64,000 bases of DNA from Takakia lepidozioides (lineage: Eukaryota; Plantae; Bryophyta). The stretch is taken from positions 20,956,001 to 21,020,000 of the forward strand of contig CM060731.1 in assembly GCA_030704615.1 (NCBI GenBank), read 5' to 3'. Shown one piece after another: positions 52,298 to 64,000 of the stretch. The stretch's first letter is position 1; the number at the start of each line of letters is the position of its first letter. A program made the translations under genes and the position numbers. Under the pieces are notes generated by a model. It ran no database searches and was not told where the DNA came from. It saw nothing but the letters and a program-made list of their open reading frames with translations.

Positions 52298-53888
52298 ATG
52301 GCTGGAGGCAGGGGTATTGATGAGAGCACCCCTCTTTTGGGACAGTCCCATGGTGCCGGATCAGTGCCGCGCACTGCCTGCAACATCTTCGTCTCCATCG
52401 TGGGCTCTGGCGTGTTGGGCCTTCCATATGCGTACAAGGCTAGTGGTTGGGCTGTAGCGTCTGCTGCAATCATCCTAGCTGCCCTTCTCACGTACTACTG
52501 CATGTTGCTTCTGGTCCGTCTTCTCTTTTACCCCGTTTTTTCTCTTCGGTGTTCTCTAGGTTTTTCTGTTAGAGTGCAATTGGGAGTGCTATGGTAGGGG
52601 GAACTCCAGATACTTGAATTCCACTAGACACTGTCTAAGAAACTCTTGAGTTCCGAAAAGGCATTAAGTGTGATAGAGCCCTGTGCAGGGGAGGGCTGAT
52701 TACCCTCTGTCTCGAAGTTGATCAATCACAAGAACAAAACCTAGATTGGAGAGAAAAGGATAGAAGAAAAGCTGAAAGGAAGGGAATGGAGATAGGGCCA
52801 TGTGGATTTCAGTGGAGGGGCAACTGATTGATTTCAGAAGGGTTGGGTGGCAGATAGCATGCAAAGACAAGGTGCAATCCAAAGGAATGCGAGCTCACAC
52901 CTACGGGGACTTGGCGCACCTGGGATTTGGTGAGGCAGGCAGGCTGCTTGTGGATGTCCTCATCTGTGTTTCACAGACTGGATGCTGTGTTGCTTATCTC
53001 ATCTTCATTGGCCACAACTTGGCATCGATAACCACAGGCTTATCATTATCATTTCCGTTTATAATTTTTGTGCTGCTCCCATGTGAGATAGCCTTGGCAT
53101 GCCTGAGGTCATTGGAAAAGCTGGGACCGTTTAGCTTTGTGGCAGATGTGTGCAATATAGTGGCCATGGCAGTGGTGATCAAGGATGACTTCTACTACAT
53201 CAGAGGTTTTGAGGGGGTGATACCTTACACCACCTGGAGGGGTATACCGTTTGCCATGGGTGTAGCAATCTACTGCTATGAGGGGTTTGGGATGACGGTT
53301 AGCCTGGAAGCTTCGATGAAAAGACCCCGTAAATTTCCTCAGGTGCTAGGGCTGAGCTTTACTGTCATCACCATGGTGTACCTTGCATTTGGTTCTATTG
53401 GCTATTTGGCATTTGGGAAGGACACGCAGGACATTATCACTCTTAATTTACCCAATGATTGGTCCACCTTCGCGGTGAAGGTGGGGTTGTGCATTGGCCT
53501 CTTCTTTACATTTCCAGTGATGATGATCCCAGTGCACGAGATATTTGAGAGGAAAATGTTGCTGAGCACCTGGTTTCAGAAGAATGCATTGCCATCGCCC
53601 CGGCTGCAAGGGTCTCTCTTGAATGGAATTCGTGCACTCGCAGTTTTGGCCACAGCGGTAATTGCAGTGTTAGTGCCAGGGTTTGGCATTTTCATCTCTC
53701 TGGTGGGTGGTACTGTATGTTCCCTGCTTGCCTTTGTTCTTCCACCTTTCTTGCACATGCGTATCTGCGGGGAGGCTACATCTTGGCTTCAACTCAGCTT
53801 TGATGTGGTGCTTATTATGTGCGGCATCAGCTTTGCTATATATAGCACCTACTCAGCTTGTATTCAAGTATTTTTGCAGTATTCTTGA
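52298..53888 (+). CDS. ANT1: Amino acid transporter, AAAP family, ANT1/AVT3-like (~416 aa)
   Basis: Exon 1 52298-52513 (NIFVSIVGSGVLGLPYAY...YYCMLLL) joins in frame across a GT-AG intron to exon 2 52854-53888 (TYGDL, YCYEGFGMT, GYLAFG, DIITLNLP). About 11 hydrophobic segments. The symbol is family-level. Confidence 0.92.
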
Positions 53889-54865
53889 TTCACGCAGGTC
53901 CTGCATGGTCTGGTTCTACCCACCAGAATCCTGTGCAACAATCTGGTCACAGGAAGTGAGTGTTGATATCAGGGCTAGCATTGATATTATTGATTCCAAT
54001 GGTTCTCCTCTGGCCCTGTAACTTGCAACAAAGGCTGCACTAAAAAAGAAAAGAGGCAGTGACACAGGTGTTAATTTTCTGTAGCCTTTACATCTTGAAA
54101 TTGTGCCGGAAACTGTGGTGTAGCCATAGATTCGTCCCTCATGTTTAGAGAAAGAGAAACTGCTTAGACCTACACCATTATGGGCCGCCTTAGATGCAGC
54201 TGCATACTCACTTCAAGAAAATTTTCCCTCTTTGTCATTCATAAAGCGGTGGTGGTAAGCTACACAAAGTTAGAGAGAGCTGAGCTGTGAGAGATGGGAG
54301 AGAGGTGGGTCCATGTTACTGAGAAGTCAGCATGTATCTGGCCACCTTTACTGGCTTCAAACCTCATACCAATACTCTTCCCAGTTTCAAATGTTGGGAG
54401 GTCACAGTATTCATTGTCAAGGGCTCTTGTCAAAAGTTGTTTTGTTTTGCTTGTTCTGGTTGGAGTTGGGTACAGATTATGAAACATAGGTTCTTTGATT
54501 TTTCACATAAGTTTACAGGTGTTCAAGACTTACTGGACAGTGTACCTCCCCTCTTATGTAGTTGTGGTTTGGTGGTTACCATTCTACTTTGGGGATCTCC
54601 CCAGAGTGTTCTCATAATTATCCCTGAATTACCTGAGGACATGCAGGCTGTGCCCCACATCATCTCATGCAAAGAATGTGTACTCTCAAAATCCACCTGG
54701 CACCAAAGTGTTTCCGAAGGGGCAGGCCAAGGGGTGGGCCCACAACTACCTTAGTATTGTGTGCCAGTACCCTGCTTTTGAGAGGCACATCAGGCAGCCT
54801 TCTGCTGCAGGAATCTATGATGGAAGATATCTAAGTAATTCAATCGTCGAAGTGCGGATTAGGAC

Positions 54866-55613
54866 CAGTGTTGGGCGGATATAGAGTCATCAGGATATCA
54901 ATAGTAGGATATCAACCCGGATATCAATGTATCCGGATCCGGCAATTATTTGATATCAGGCTATTATTTATATCCAGCGGATACATAAAACGGAGGATCC
55001 GGATAGGATCCTACCCGCCGGATATAAAAAGGTTTAATAATTGGATTGTATCCCGATATGTAGCCAAAATACAGGATCTCAACTGGATACAAGAAAATAA
55101 AATAAAATATTAATATTTTATTGGCTCTCTTGACTTTGCATCATGTTGAAGTCAATGGAGAAAATGTGGTCAAAGGACCTTACACCGTGTCAAGGCTCTG
55201 ATTGGTGTGTTGTGCTGAGTCATGCTCCCTAGTCTTACCTTTCTCTTATGTTTTGCCAAAGCAAGAGAGCCCATTGCCCTTTGAGGCTTGTTAGAATTTT
55301 ATAATTTAAATTGATTAAATAAAAATTGCGAGTAAATCTCAATAAAGTTAAATCAGGGCTACAATCCCCCTGTTTAAAAAATATATATATTTCATGATTA
55401 TTTATGTCCGGATTACTCTATAACCGCAGGATTTTAAATATCGGGACTTGTTTATATCCGGCAGATTTTTAAGAACTTTCACTATGCATAACCGGCGGAT
55501 ATTAGAAATGCAAATTATTCTAATATCCGGATCCGCAGGATATATCATTCTCTAATTTGTCGAGTATCCGGACCCGGCGGATATTAAAAAAAACTAAGAA
55601 CCCCCCAACACTG
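54866..55613. mobile_element. Non-autonomous hAT element (MITE-like, 748 bp)
   Basis: Terminal inverted repeats CAGTGTTGGG...CCCAACACTG; 8-bp TSD ATTAGGAC/GTTAGGAC (7/8 match); many subterminal ATCCGG/CGGATAT motifs; AT-rich non-coding interior. Confidence 0.88.
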
Positions 55614-56363
55614 GTTAGGACTTGATACCTTGCCAACAGAAGGCTCTTATGTCATGGAGCCTATTGGGCCTCGCCATATGGTCTTTCTCGTTTCCTAACA
55701 TATGCTAAGAAAAACACTGGTGTGTCAGAGTGGTTATCTTAAGTTCCGGTGCATTCATTCGGGGGATGTCAGATTCTGTGTCTATCCAATGCCCTATCCT
55801 ATCAGTTCCTTGCATAACTAGATTCTCACCACACCGACACCCAATGTCAAGGCCTTGCACTGATCTTGCGGTCTTGTCGTCTTGTTATCATTCCATGCAC
55901 GTCCATCAGATCCGTAGGAACTGTTTCTCTCTTTAGTGTGGACGAATAAAAGCCATCGCCCATCTGCTTACAGTTGGCGGGTAGAGGTTATCCTTTTGGA
56001 TCAACAAATGAGCTTTTCGTTAACATCATTCGCGAGTTTTGAATGAACCCAATTTTCCTAATCTGTGTTGCTGTGGAGTTGTGGGCCATGTAAGCTTTAC
56101 TATGAGTTGTATCCTTGCACATTTCCAGATATAGTGGATGCTCCAAAGTCACTCTTGAAGAAATGGACCATCTATTTTGGGAATAACCCTTTTGGGTCCA
56201 CTGCACTCCGATCAACCCTGCTGCTGATAGATACTTGAATAGTGACAACCATAGCAGCTCACATAGAGGGTGAAACGAATGCCACAAATTATTACTTCCA
56301 ACTGCTGCTAAAATCAACATAGATGATGACTCAATATTGGGACACTGCACTTCCTTTCTAGGG

Positions 56364-56535
56364 TCACCAGTGATCCCCTCAAGAGCAAACCCCGTCTTGG
56401 AAGTCGTGACAGCAGTTGACAACAATTGATCGCCCAGCCGTCTTTGAGATGAACTTTGTGGATGCGTGGCAGTCAGCACACCCCCTCAGGTTCTTGATGA
56501 TGTGGGTAGGTGTCCCTGGTGCCGATGAGACTCAA
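56364..56535 (-). pseudogene. Orphan DYW-domain C-terminal remnant
   Basis: Minus strand, with a frameshift: PGTPTHIIKNLR.CADCHASTKFISK...HDFQDGVCS*GDHW*. Confidence 0.8.
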
Positions 56536-57169
56536 AAATCTTCAGAATCTCTTATGATGTTAACGTTTCTCTGTTGAATGGTTCGGTCTGGTGAGTTCAA
56601 TCCGCAACAGCTGAAGACCAACGGATCTGCAATGTTGAATGGAGGCTGGTTTGAGAAGTTAGCCTATCAGCACCATGTCCACAGTTGGGTGTCATATGCA
56701 GGAACTGCAAGCAGGTATGGCTACACTGTAGAAATTACATACCTTAGTTGATTGCATAATAAAGATCTGTAGATAAATCTGACCGTTAAATAGATTACCA
56801 ACTTGCGCAGGCCAATGAGGCTGTACAATAAACATTCTGTGAACTAGAATGATTTTCGGTAGTTAGTTTACATATTGCCATTGGCTATTCCACCCTTTTA
56901 AAACGAGAGAAATATGCACCACTCATTCTTGTAATCCGACGACGGGGGTTGAACATTGGACCCCTCACCGACATCACTGTAGCCACTAGAGGCGGCATTC
57001 ATAGCGACACTATTATGCTATACATAATACCTTGAACACTCCGATCACATCCATTTACAAATGCTTAAAAGATATCCACCTCAATGTATTCGCTCTTTCA
57101 CTGCCATCATGACTAACGAATGCAAATTAGAAACCACTCCCTCATAGGTCACCTTGTAGGCATTATCAC

Positions 57170-60100
57170 GCATGTGTTCTTATAGTACCCACCTGAAAGG
57201 GGTTGGCCAGTAGTTGCAATGCGAAGTGTAACTTTCTCACTGCTGTGGTAAAGAGACAATTCCTTGCCCTTTTGTGCTTGTGGCAGTCACTGCACAACCT
57301 CTGGTTTTTGATGATGTGGGTAGGTGTCTCGAAAGCAATCGCTAGCTTTCTCACTCTGGCGGTAAAGAGAATTCCCTCTCTTCTGTATCGTGCAATACAA
57401 AGCCTCCTTCAACTGCCCAGACAATCTCGTCAGCTCAGCATGCATTTCCTCAATTTGTGGGAGCTGATTGTTTTCTACAACGAACCTACTTCAATGCAAC
57501 TGCAACCTGGCTCCTTTATGACTCTGTCCTTCATCATTGTCCTTGCCCTTTTTATCTCCCACCTACCCACTGAAGCATAGATGTTTGATAGCAGCATGAG
57601 TTGCAGCACATTGCGGATTACATTTGAGAAGGTTTAAGGCTGCCCCTTTTGCTCACACCACATTGCCATGAACTCTGCAGGCACCAAGCAAGGCCCCCCA
57701 CACTGATGCATCTGGTTCCATTGGCATTTTGGAAATAAGGTCCTTCGCCTCATCCAATTGGCCTGCGCGGCCAAGAAGATCCACCATGCAGCCAAAATGC
57801 TCCACTGAAGGAGTGAGGCCATAAGCTTGACTCATGGAATTGAAGTAATGACTACCTTCATCCACAAGACCCGCATGGCTACAGGCAGAGAGAAGAGATA
57901 TAAAGGTTATACCATCCGGTTTCAAGCCATGCTGTTGCATTTGCTCATATAGTTGCAGGGCTTCTGCGCCATACCCATGCTGACCAAATCCTGCAATCAT
58001 CCCATTCCACGAGACTAGATTTCGTTGATCCATATTGGTGAACACCTCACACGCATCCTTGACACTCCCACATTTGGCATACATGTTAACAAGGGCATTC
58101 TCCAAATTAATATATGACTCAATTCCAGCTTTGATGACGTCAGCATGGACCTCTTTGCCCTTCTCCAGGGCTCCCAAGTTGGCACATGCATTTAGAACAC
58201 AAATAAACGTCACCCTATCGGGTGTCACTCCTTCCTGCTGCATCTTCTCATAGATGCTTAGAGCCTCCCTACCGCACCCATACTGAGCAATTATGTCAAT
58301 CATGGCATTCCATGAACCCACATTCTGTTGAGTCATTTTCTCGAACACCCAAGCCATATTGTCAAACACTTTACGCTCATCATTTGTACTCCCACATTTG
58401 GCATACATGTCAGCAAGGGCAGTCTCCAGAATAATATCTGGTGCAATTCTAGCTTTGATGATCTCAGCATGGACCTCTTTACCCTTTTCCAGGGTTCCTA
58501 GACTGGCACATGCTTTCAGCACAGAAATGAATGTGACCCTGTTGGGCATAACATGTTCCTGTTGCATTCGTCGATATATCTCCAAAGCCTCCCCACCATA
58601 CCCATGCTGAGCATATCCTGTGATCAGTGCACTCCATGAGACCACATCTTGTTGAGCCATACTATCAAACACTTGATGAGCATCTTTCACGCTCCCACAC
58701 TTGGCATACATGTTAATAAGAGCATTTTCCAAAATGATATCTGGTGCAATTCCACTTCTGTTGATGTCAGCATGGACCTCTTTGCCCTTTTCCAGGGCTC
58801 CTAGACTGGCACATGCTTTGAGAACACAAACAAACGTGACCCGGTTGGGCATCACACCTGCCTGTTGCATTTGCTGATAAATGTCAAGTGCGTCTCTACC
58901 ACTACCATGCTGAGCATATCCTGCAATCATTGCACTCCATGAGACCACATTCCTTTCCAAAATATTATCGAACACTACTTGTGCATCCTTCATGCTCCCG
59001 CATTTGGCATACATGTCAGCCAGTGCAGTCTCCAGAATGACGTCTAGCTTGATTCCAGCTTTGATGATGTCTGCATGGACCTCTTTTCCTTTTTTGAGGG
59101 CTCTGAGGCTGGTGCATGCATTGAGAATGCAAAGAAATGTGACTGTATTGGGCGTCAGCCCCTCCTGTTGCATTTGCTCATAGATTTGCAAAGCTTCCCT
59201 CCCACACCCATGCTTGGCATATCCTACGATCATAGCATTCCATGAGACCACATCCTGTTGCGCCATGCTGTCAAACACTTGACGTGCAAACTTGACATCC
59301 CCACATCTAGCATACATGTGAATAAGGGTATTGTCCAGAATGATATCTGGTGTAATTCCACTTTTGTTAATGTCAGCATGTACCTCTGTGCCCTTGTCCA
59401 GGGCTCCAAGACTGGCACATCCATTGAGGACACAAATGAATGTGACCCTGTTCGGTGCCACCCCATCCCATTGCATTTGTTTATAGAGCTTCAAAGCCTC
59501 CCTACCATACCCACGCTTGGCATATCCTCCTATTATTATATTCCAAGTAAAGATATCTCGTTTGGGCATTTCGTCAAAGACGTGGCGTGCATCCACCAGG
59601 CTCCCACACTTGGCATACATGTTCACAAGGGTGTTCAGAACAAGGACGTTGGGTTTGAATCCACTTTGGATAATGTGGGCATGCACCTTTTTTCCTTCTG
59701 CTAGGCATTTCATAGTGATGCACTCTTGCAAGATGTATACGTAAGTCTTGGAGTCTGCCTGAAGGCATCGCTCGTTGACTGTGCAAGGTGCCTTACATAG
59801 TGTCCTCACGTCCCAACAAGCGGTAGAAGATTTTATTTTCATTCCCTCTCTTGGTCCTTTTTCAGATGCAGTGGTGATGACGGAGGTGGCACTCCTGCCA
59901 CCACTCTGATGTCCACCAAGAAACTGTGTCTGATGAAACCCTGCCATCCTGCAAGAGTCAAAGCTCTTACCTACTCACATTATGCATCTCAAAGCTCCTA
60001 GATACTTCAAAGAAAGATCTCCTCAATAGGACTGGCTTATTGATACATGTTGACAGGACTACCAACTGCATCTTCTACTTTGTCGATAAGCAGTACCTTT

Positions 60101-61343
60101 GATCTCTTTGAGTTGGAGCGCTTGAATCATGATCAGAACAATACCCCCTGGATTCTTGGAACGGAGTTCCACTTGCACATCAACATAAGAAGTATCACCA
60201 CATTGTCTTCCAACTTGTATTATGGCAGCTGGTTTTTCTTTCACCCATGGAGGGTTTGACCAACTCTCAGGTCCACAGGACGTCCTTTGTGTACTTATGT
60301 CTGAAGTCCGGAACTCTTGGACTTCTCTGTGAAAACTGCAATTAGGCAGTTGAGTTTCAATCACAAGCTACAAACACCGACCCTCCAAGCATTATTCAAA
60401 TATCAGGATGGTGGAGCTGAATCAACACCTTCAAATTCCAGGCTATGGAACTCCAATGGGTTTTCCACCTTGCCAGCTTCAGTCACAAGGCCTCCTTGAT
60501 AAACATTTTCGCCTCCTAAATGAAATCAACCTCACCTTCTTCGGCTGGTTGTCCCACGCTGGGAAGATTCTGAGAAGAATTCCTTCAGGAGATCTAGTTT
60601 GCTCATTGCCTGCCCTGTATGCAAAAACAACTAAAACATAGATCTTCAGCAGATTCTGATTGCAAGAGTCTTAATGAGGAAAGATACCGCAGGCTTCTAC
60701 AATATTAACCTTTCTCGCTCCATACATCTTTTGCATAGCCTCAATTTTCTGTAACGAAATTATTGTTGGCTGTGAGCAGGCACTATGTCGTTATCGGGCT
60801 GGTTTTCGATAGAACGGGAGGGCTGAAATTTGGCAGGCACTTTGCCGACGTTAGCAAGGAGCGGTCAACGAGTTCATCTCTCCCTGCCCTTTATCCCTTT
60901 ATCCGTATCTGTTGCCCAGAAGGACCCCAAGCAATATGAGCATCTGTCTTGACGAGCCTTTTGATTATGTAATGAGCTCAAAATGCCCGCATCTTTGGAA
61001 CTTGCAGCCGGATTTTCGACTGGGATGTGGGCACTGTCATTACTCTCACCCAAGGAAAAGCCTTGATAGGCATACATCCTTCCTCTATCTCCCTCATGCA
61101 AAGAAGATATAATATATTCCCAGTTCCATACCTTGCTTGGGTTTCCCAGGAGGCTGGGGAAGCCACTCGGCCATCGCTGGCAAGGATGTAGGGCCCGGCA
61201 TTGCCAAGGTGGCCACGCAATTCAGCTCCACAGCCTGACCCTATAGCATGCTGCATGCTGTGTGGCCTCTCGCCCAGTGTATCAATGGAGAAGAAAGGCC
61301 CTTCGTTATAGTCTCTTCCTGCGCGCTCAGAGCACGCTGCCAT
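57170..61343 (-). pseudogene. PLS-PPR gene truncated in E1 with decayed E2/DYW (may still encode a PLS-only protein)
   Basis: Open PPR tract 57653-59947 ends GACRVHGNVV*. Frameshifted remnants follow: LLSNIYASVGRW, EPGCSCIEV, KLAIAFETPTHIIKNQRLCSDCH. Putative exon 1 61343-61132 splices in phase (AAG|GT...CAG|G) to 59948. Confidence 0.82.
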
Positions 61344-61515
61344 CCACGAGCGGTGAGAGAGATTGAGAGAAGACCCAAGAAGGAATGTGGCTAGAGCAAA
61401 ATTTCAATTGTGAATTTCAATTCCAATGTGCATGGAGTCAATGACGGCAAATACGTCTACAGAAAAGTCGCCAACACCCTGTTAGTTCCGTAGTTCAAAG
61501 TTTCTCGTTCCTCTA

Positions 61516-64000
61516 GTGATGGTGGTGTCCTTTGCTCCCGAGATCTCGTCTTCTCCTTGGTGCGACCAGAGGAAAAGTCTCACATGCTGGAGCAGATTCA
61601 GTGGCCAGGCTGTGGAGCTGAAACCGGCATCCACCTTCGCATTGTCGACCCAAATGCTTGTCAGGGATGGAGATACCCCCTCTTCAGCCTTCCGTGAACC
61701 CAACGAAAGGTACAGACATCAAAATCTTTGCATTTTCTCGGTTGTCAACATGTATGCCAAGTGTGGGAGCATGGTGGATGCATGCGGGGTGTTTGACAAA
61801 ATGCCTGAACGGAATGTGCTTACATGGACTATAATAATTGCAGGGTATGCCAATCATGGGTGTGGTAGGGAGGCTTTTGAGCTCTATGAGCAAATGATAC
61901 AGAAAGGGGTGAAGCCCAGTAACGTCACGTTCATTTGCGTTCTCAAGGCATGTGCCAACATAGGAGCCCTGGAAAAGGGTAGGCATGTCCATGCTGACAT
62001 CGTAAAGTCTGGAAGCCCGTCATATGTTAATTTGGAGAATGCCCTTGTCGACATGTATGCCAAATGCGGGAGCATCAAGGATGCGCATCAAGTGTTTGAA
62101 AGCATGCCCCAAAGAAATGTGGTCTCATGGAATGCCATGATAATAGGATATGCTCAGCATAGGTGTGGTAGGGAGGCTTTTGAAATCTTTCAGCAAATGC
62201 AATGCACAGGGTTGATGCCCAATAGGGTCACATTCATTGCATGCTCAATGCGTGTGCCAGATCCCTAGAAAAGGCCAAACAGGTACATGCAGACATGATC
62301 GAAGCTGGAATTGTGTCATCTATCATTCTAGAGACTGCCCTTGCTGACATGTATGTCAAATGTGGGAGCATGAAACATGCACAGCAAGTGTTTGACAAAA
62401 TGGCTCAACAAGGTGTGGTCTCATGGAATGCCATGATCGGAGGATATGCTCAGCATGGGTGTGGTAGGGAGGCTCTTGAGATGTATCAGCAAATGCAGCA
62501 GCAAGGGGTGAGGCCAGACAGGGTCACATTCATTTGCACTGTCAAGGCATGTGCCAGCCTAGGAGCCCTGGAAAAGGGAAAGCAAGTCCATTGTGATATC
62601 ATCAAAGCTGGAATTCTATCATATATCAATTTGGAGAATGCCCTGGTTGACATGTATGCCAAATGTGGGAGCATGAAGGATGCACGCCAAGTATTCGACA
62701 ATATGGCTCAACGAGATGTGGTCGCATGGAACACTATTATTACTGGATATGTTCAGCATCTGTGTGGTAAAGAGGCTTTGGAGGTCTATGAGCAAATGCA
62801 GGTGAAAGGGGTTAGGCCTGACAATGTGACTTTCATTTGCATTCTCAATGCATGTGCCAGCCTCAGAGCCCTCAAAAAGGGCCAACAGGTACATGCTGAC
62901 GTCATTAAATCCCAAATTAGGCTGGATATCATATTGGAGACTGCACTTGCTGACATGTATGCCAAATGTGGGAGCATGAAGGATGCACGTCAAGTGTTTG
63001 ACAATATAGTGAAACCAAATGTGATCTCGTGGAGTGTGATGATCACAGGATATGCTCAGCATGGGTTTGGAAGGGAAGCTCTTGAGATCTATGAGCAAAT
63101 GCAACGGGAAGGGATCACGCCTGACAGGGTTGCATTCGTTTCTGTTCTCAATGCGTGTGCCAGCCTGGGGGCCCTGAAAAAAGGCAAACAGGTCCATGCA
63201 GACCTCCTCAAAGCTGGAATTGCACCTGATATCATCTTGGAAACTGCCCTTGCTGACATGTATGCCAAATGTGGTAGTGTAACAGATGCATGTCACGTGT
63301 TCAACAAGATGGCACAGCAAGATGTGATTTCATGGAATGCTATGATTGCAGGATATGGTCAGCATGGGTGGGGTAGGCAGGCCCTGCAACTATTTGAAAA
63401 AATGCAACAGGAAGGCTTGAAGCCAAACAGTATCACCTTTATATCTGTTCTCTCTGCATGTAGCCATGTGGGCCTACTGAACGAAGGCTGTCACTACTTT
63501 GTTTCCATGAGTCAAGATCATAGTCTCACTCCTACAGTGGAGCATTTTGGGTGCATGGTCGACCTTCTTGGCCGTGCAGGCACATGACTTAATTAACAGA
63601 ATGCCAATTGAAGCAGGTGCACCAGTGTGGGGGGCCTTGCTTAGCGCCTGCAGAATTCATGGTGCTATGGAGCTAGCAGAATGTGCAGCAAAACATCTTC
63701 TTCAGTTGGATCCACAGCATGCTGCAAACTATGTGCTGCTATCAAACATCTATTCTGCATCTGACCGGTGGGATGAACAAGCTAAGGTGAGAAAAATGAT
63801 GGAGGACAGAGGGGTCAGAAATGAGCCAGGTTGCAGCTGGGTCAAGGTCGACAACCAGGTGCATACTTTCCTGGTAGACGACAAATTGCATCCACAAATT
63901 GAGGAAATCCATGCTGAGCTGCAGAGGTTATCTAACCGGATGACAGAGGCTGGATATGTGCCTGACAAATGCTTTGTGTGGAGGAGGAACAAAAGGACTT
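61516..64000 (+). pseudogene. PLS-PPR-E(-DYW) pseudogene running off the window end
   Basis: PPR repeats run from 61742, with frameshifts near 62240-62265 and a deletion/stop at 63587. They are followed by VWGALLSACRIHG, YVLLSNIY, EPGCSWVKV and AGYVPD. Confidence 0.88.

Overview
Repeat-rich nuclear DNA of a land plant. The PLS/DYW PPR style suggests a non-seed plant (fern, lycophyte or bryophyte); this is inference. Apparently intact host genes are a 14-exon AKT1-like Shaker K+ channel (4656-14386), a PLS-DYW RNA-editing PPR gene (~16123-18994) and a 2-exon ANT1/AVT3-like amino acid transporter (52298-53888). Decaying PPR paralogues include a head-to-head inverted pair at 57.1-64 kb. Transposons fill the rest: two related L1-like LINE relics, one carrying a precise 2.3-kb internal inversion; an RTEX-like LINE family with one large and at least six small 3'-end insertions; a large Mutator-like element (SWIM transposase, Ulp1-like protease, unknown ORFs); a chromoviral Ty3/gypsy lacking its 3' LTR; a non-autonomous hAT; and ~190-bp tandem arrays. 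The main hidden structure is an apparent ~14.7-kb inversion (~33.73 to ~48.4 kb) that splits both the Ulp1-like gene and a captured CDKG kinase fragment into oppositely oriented halves. All calls come from manual reading and translation; no database searches were run.
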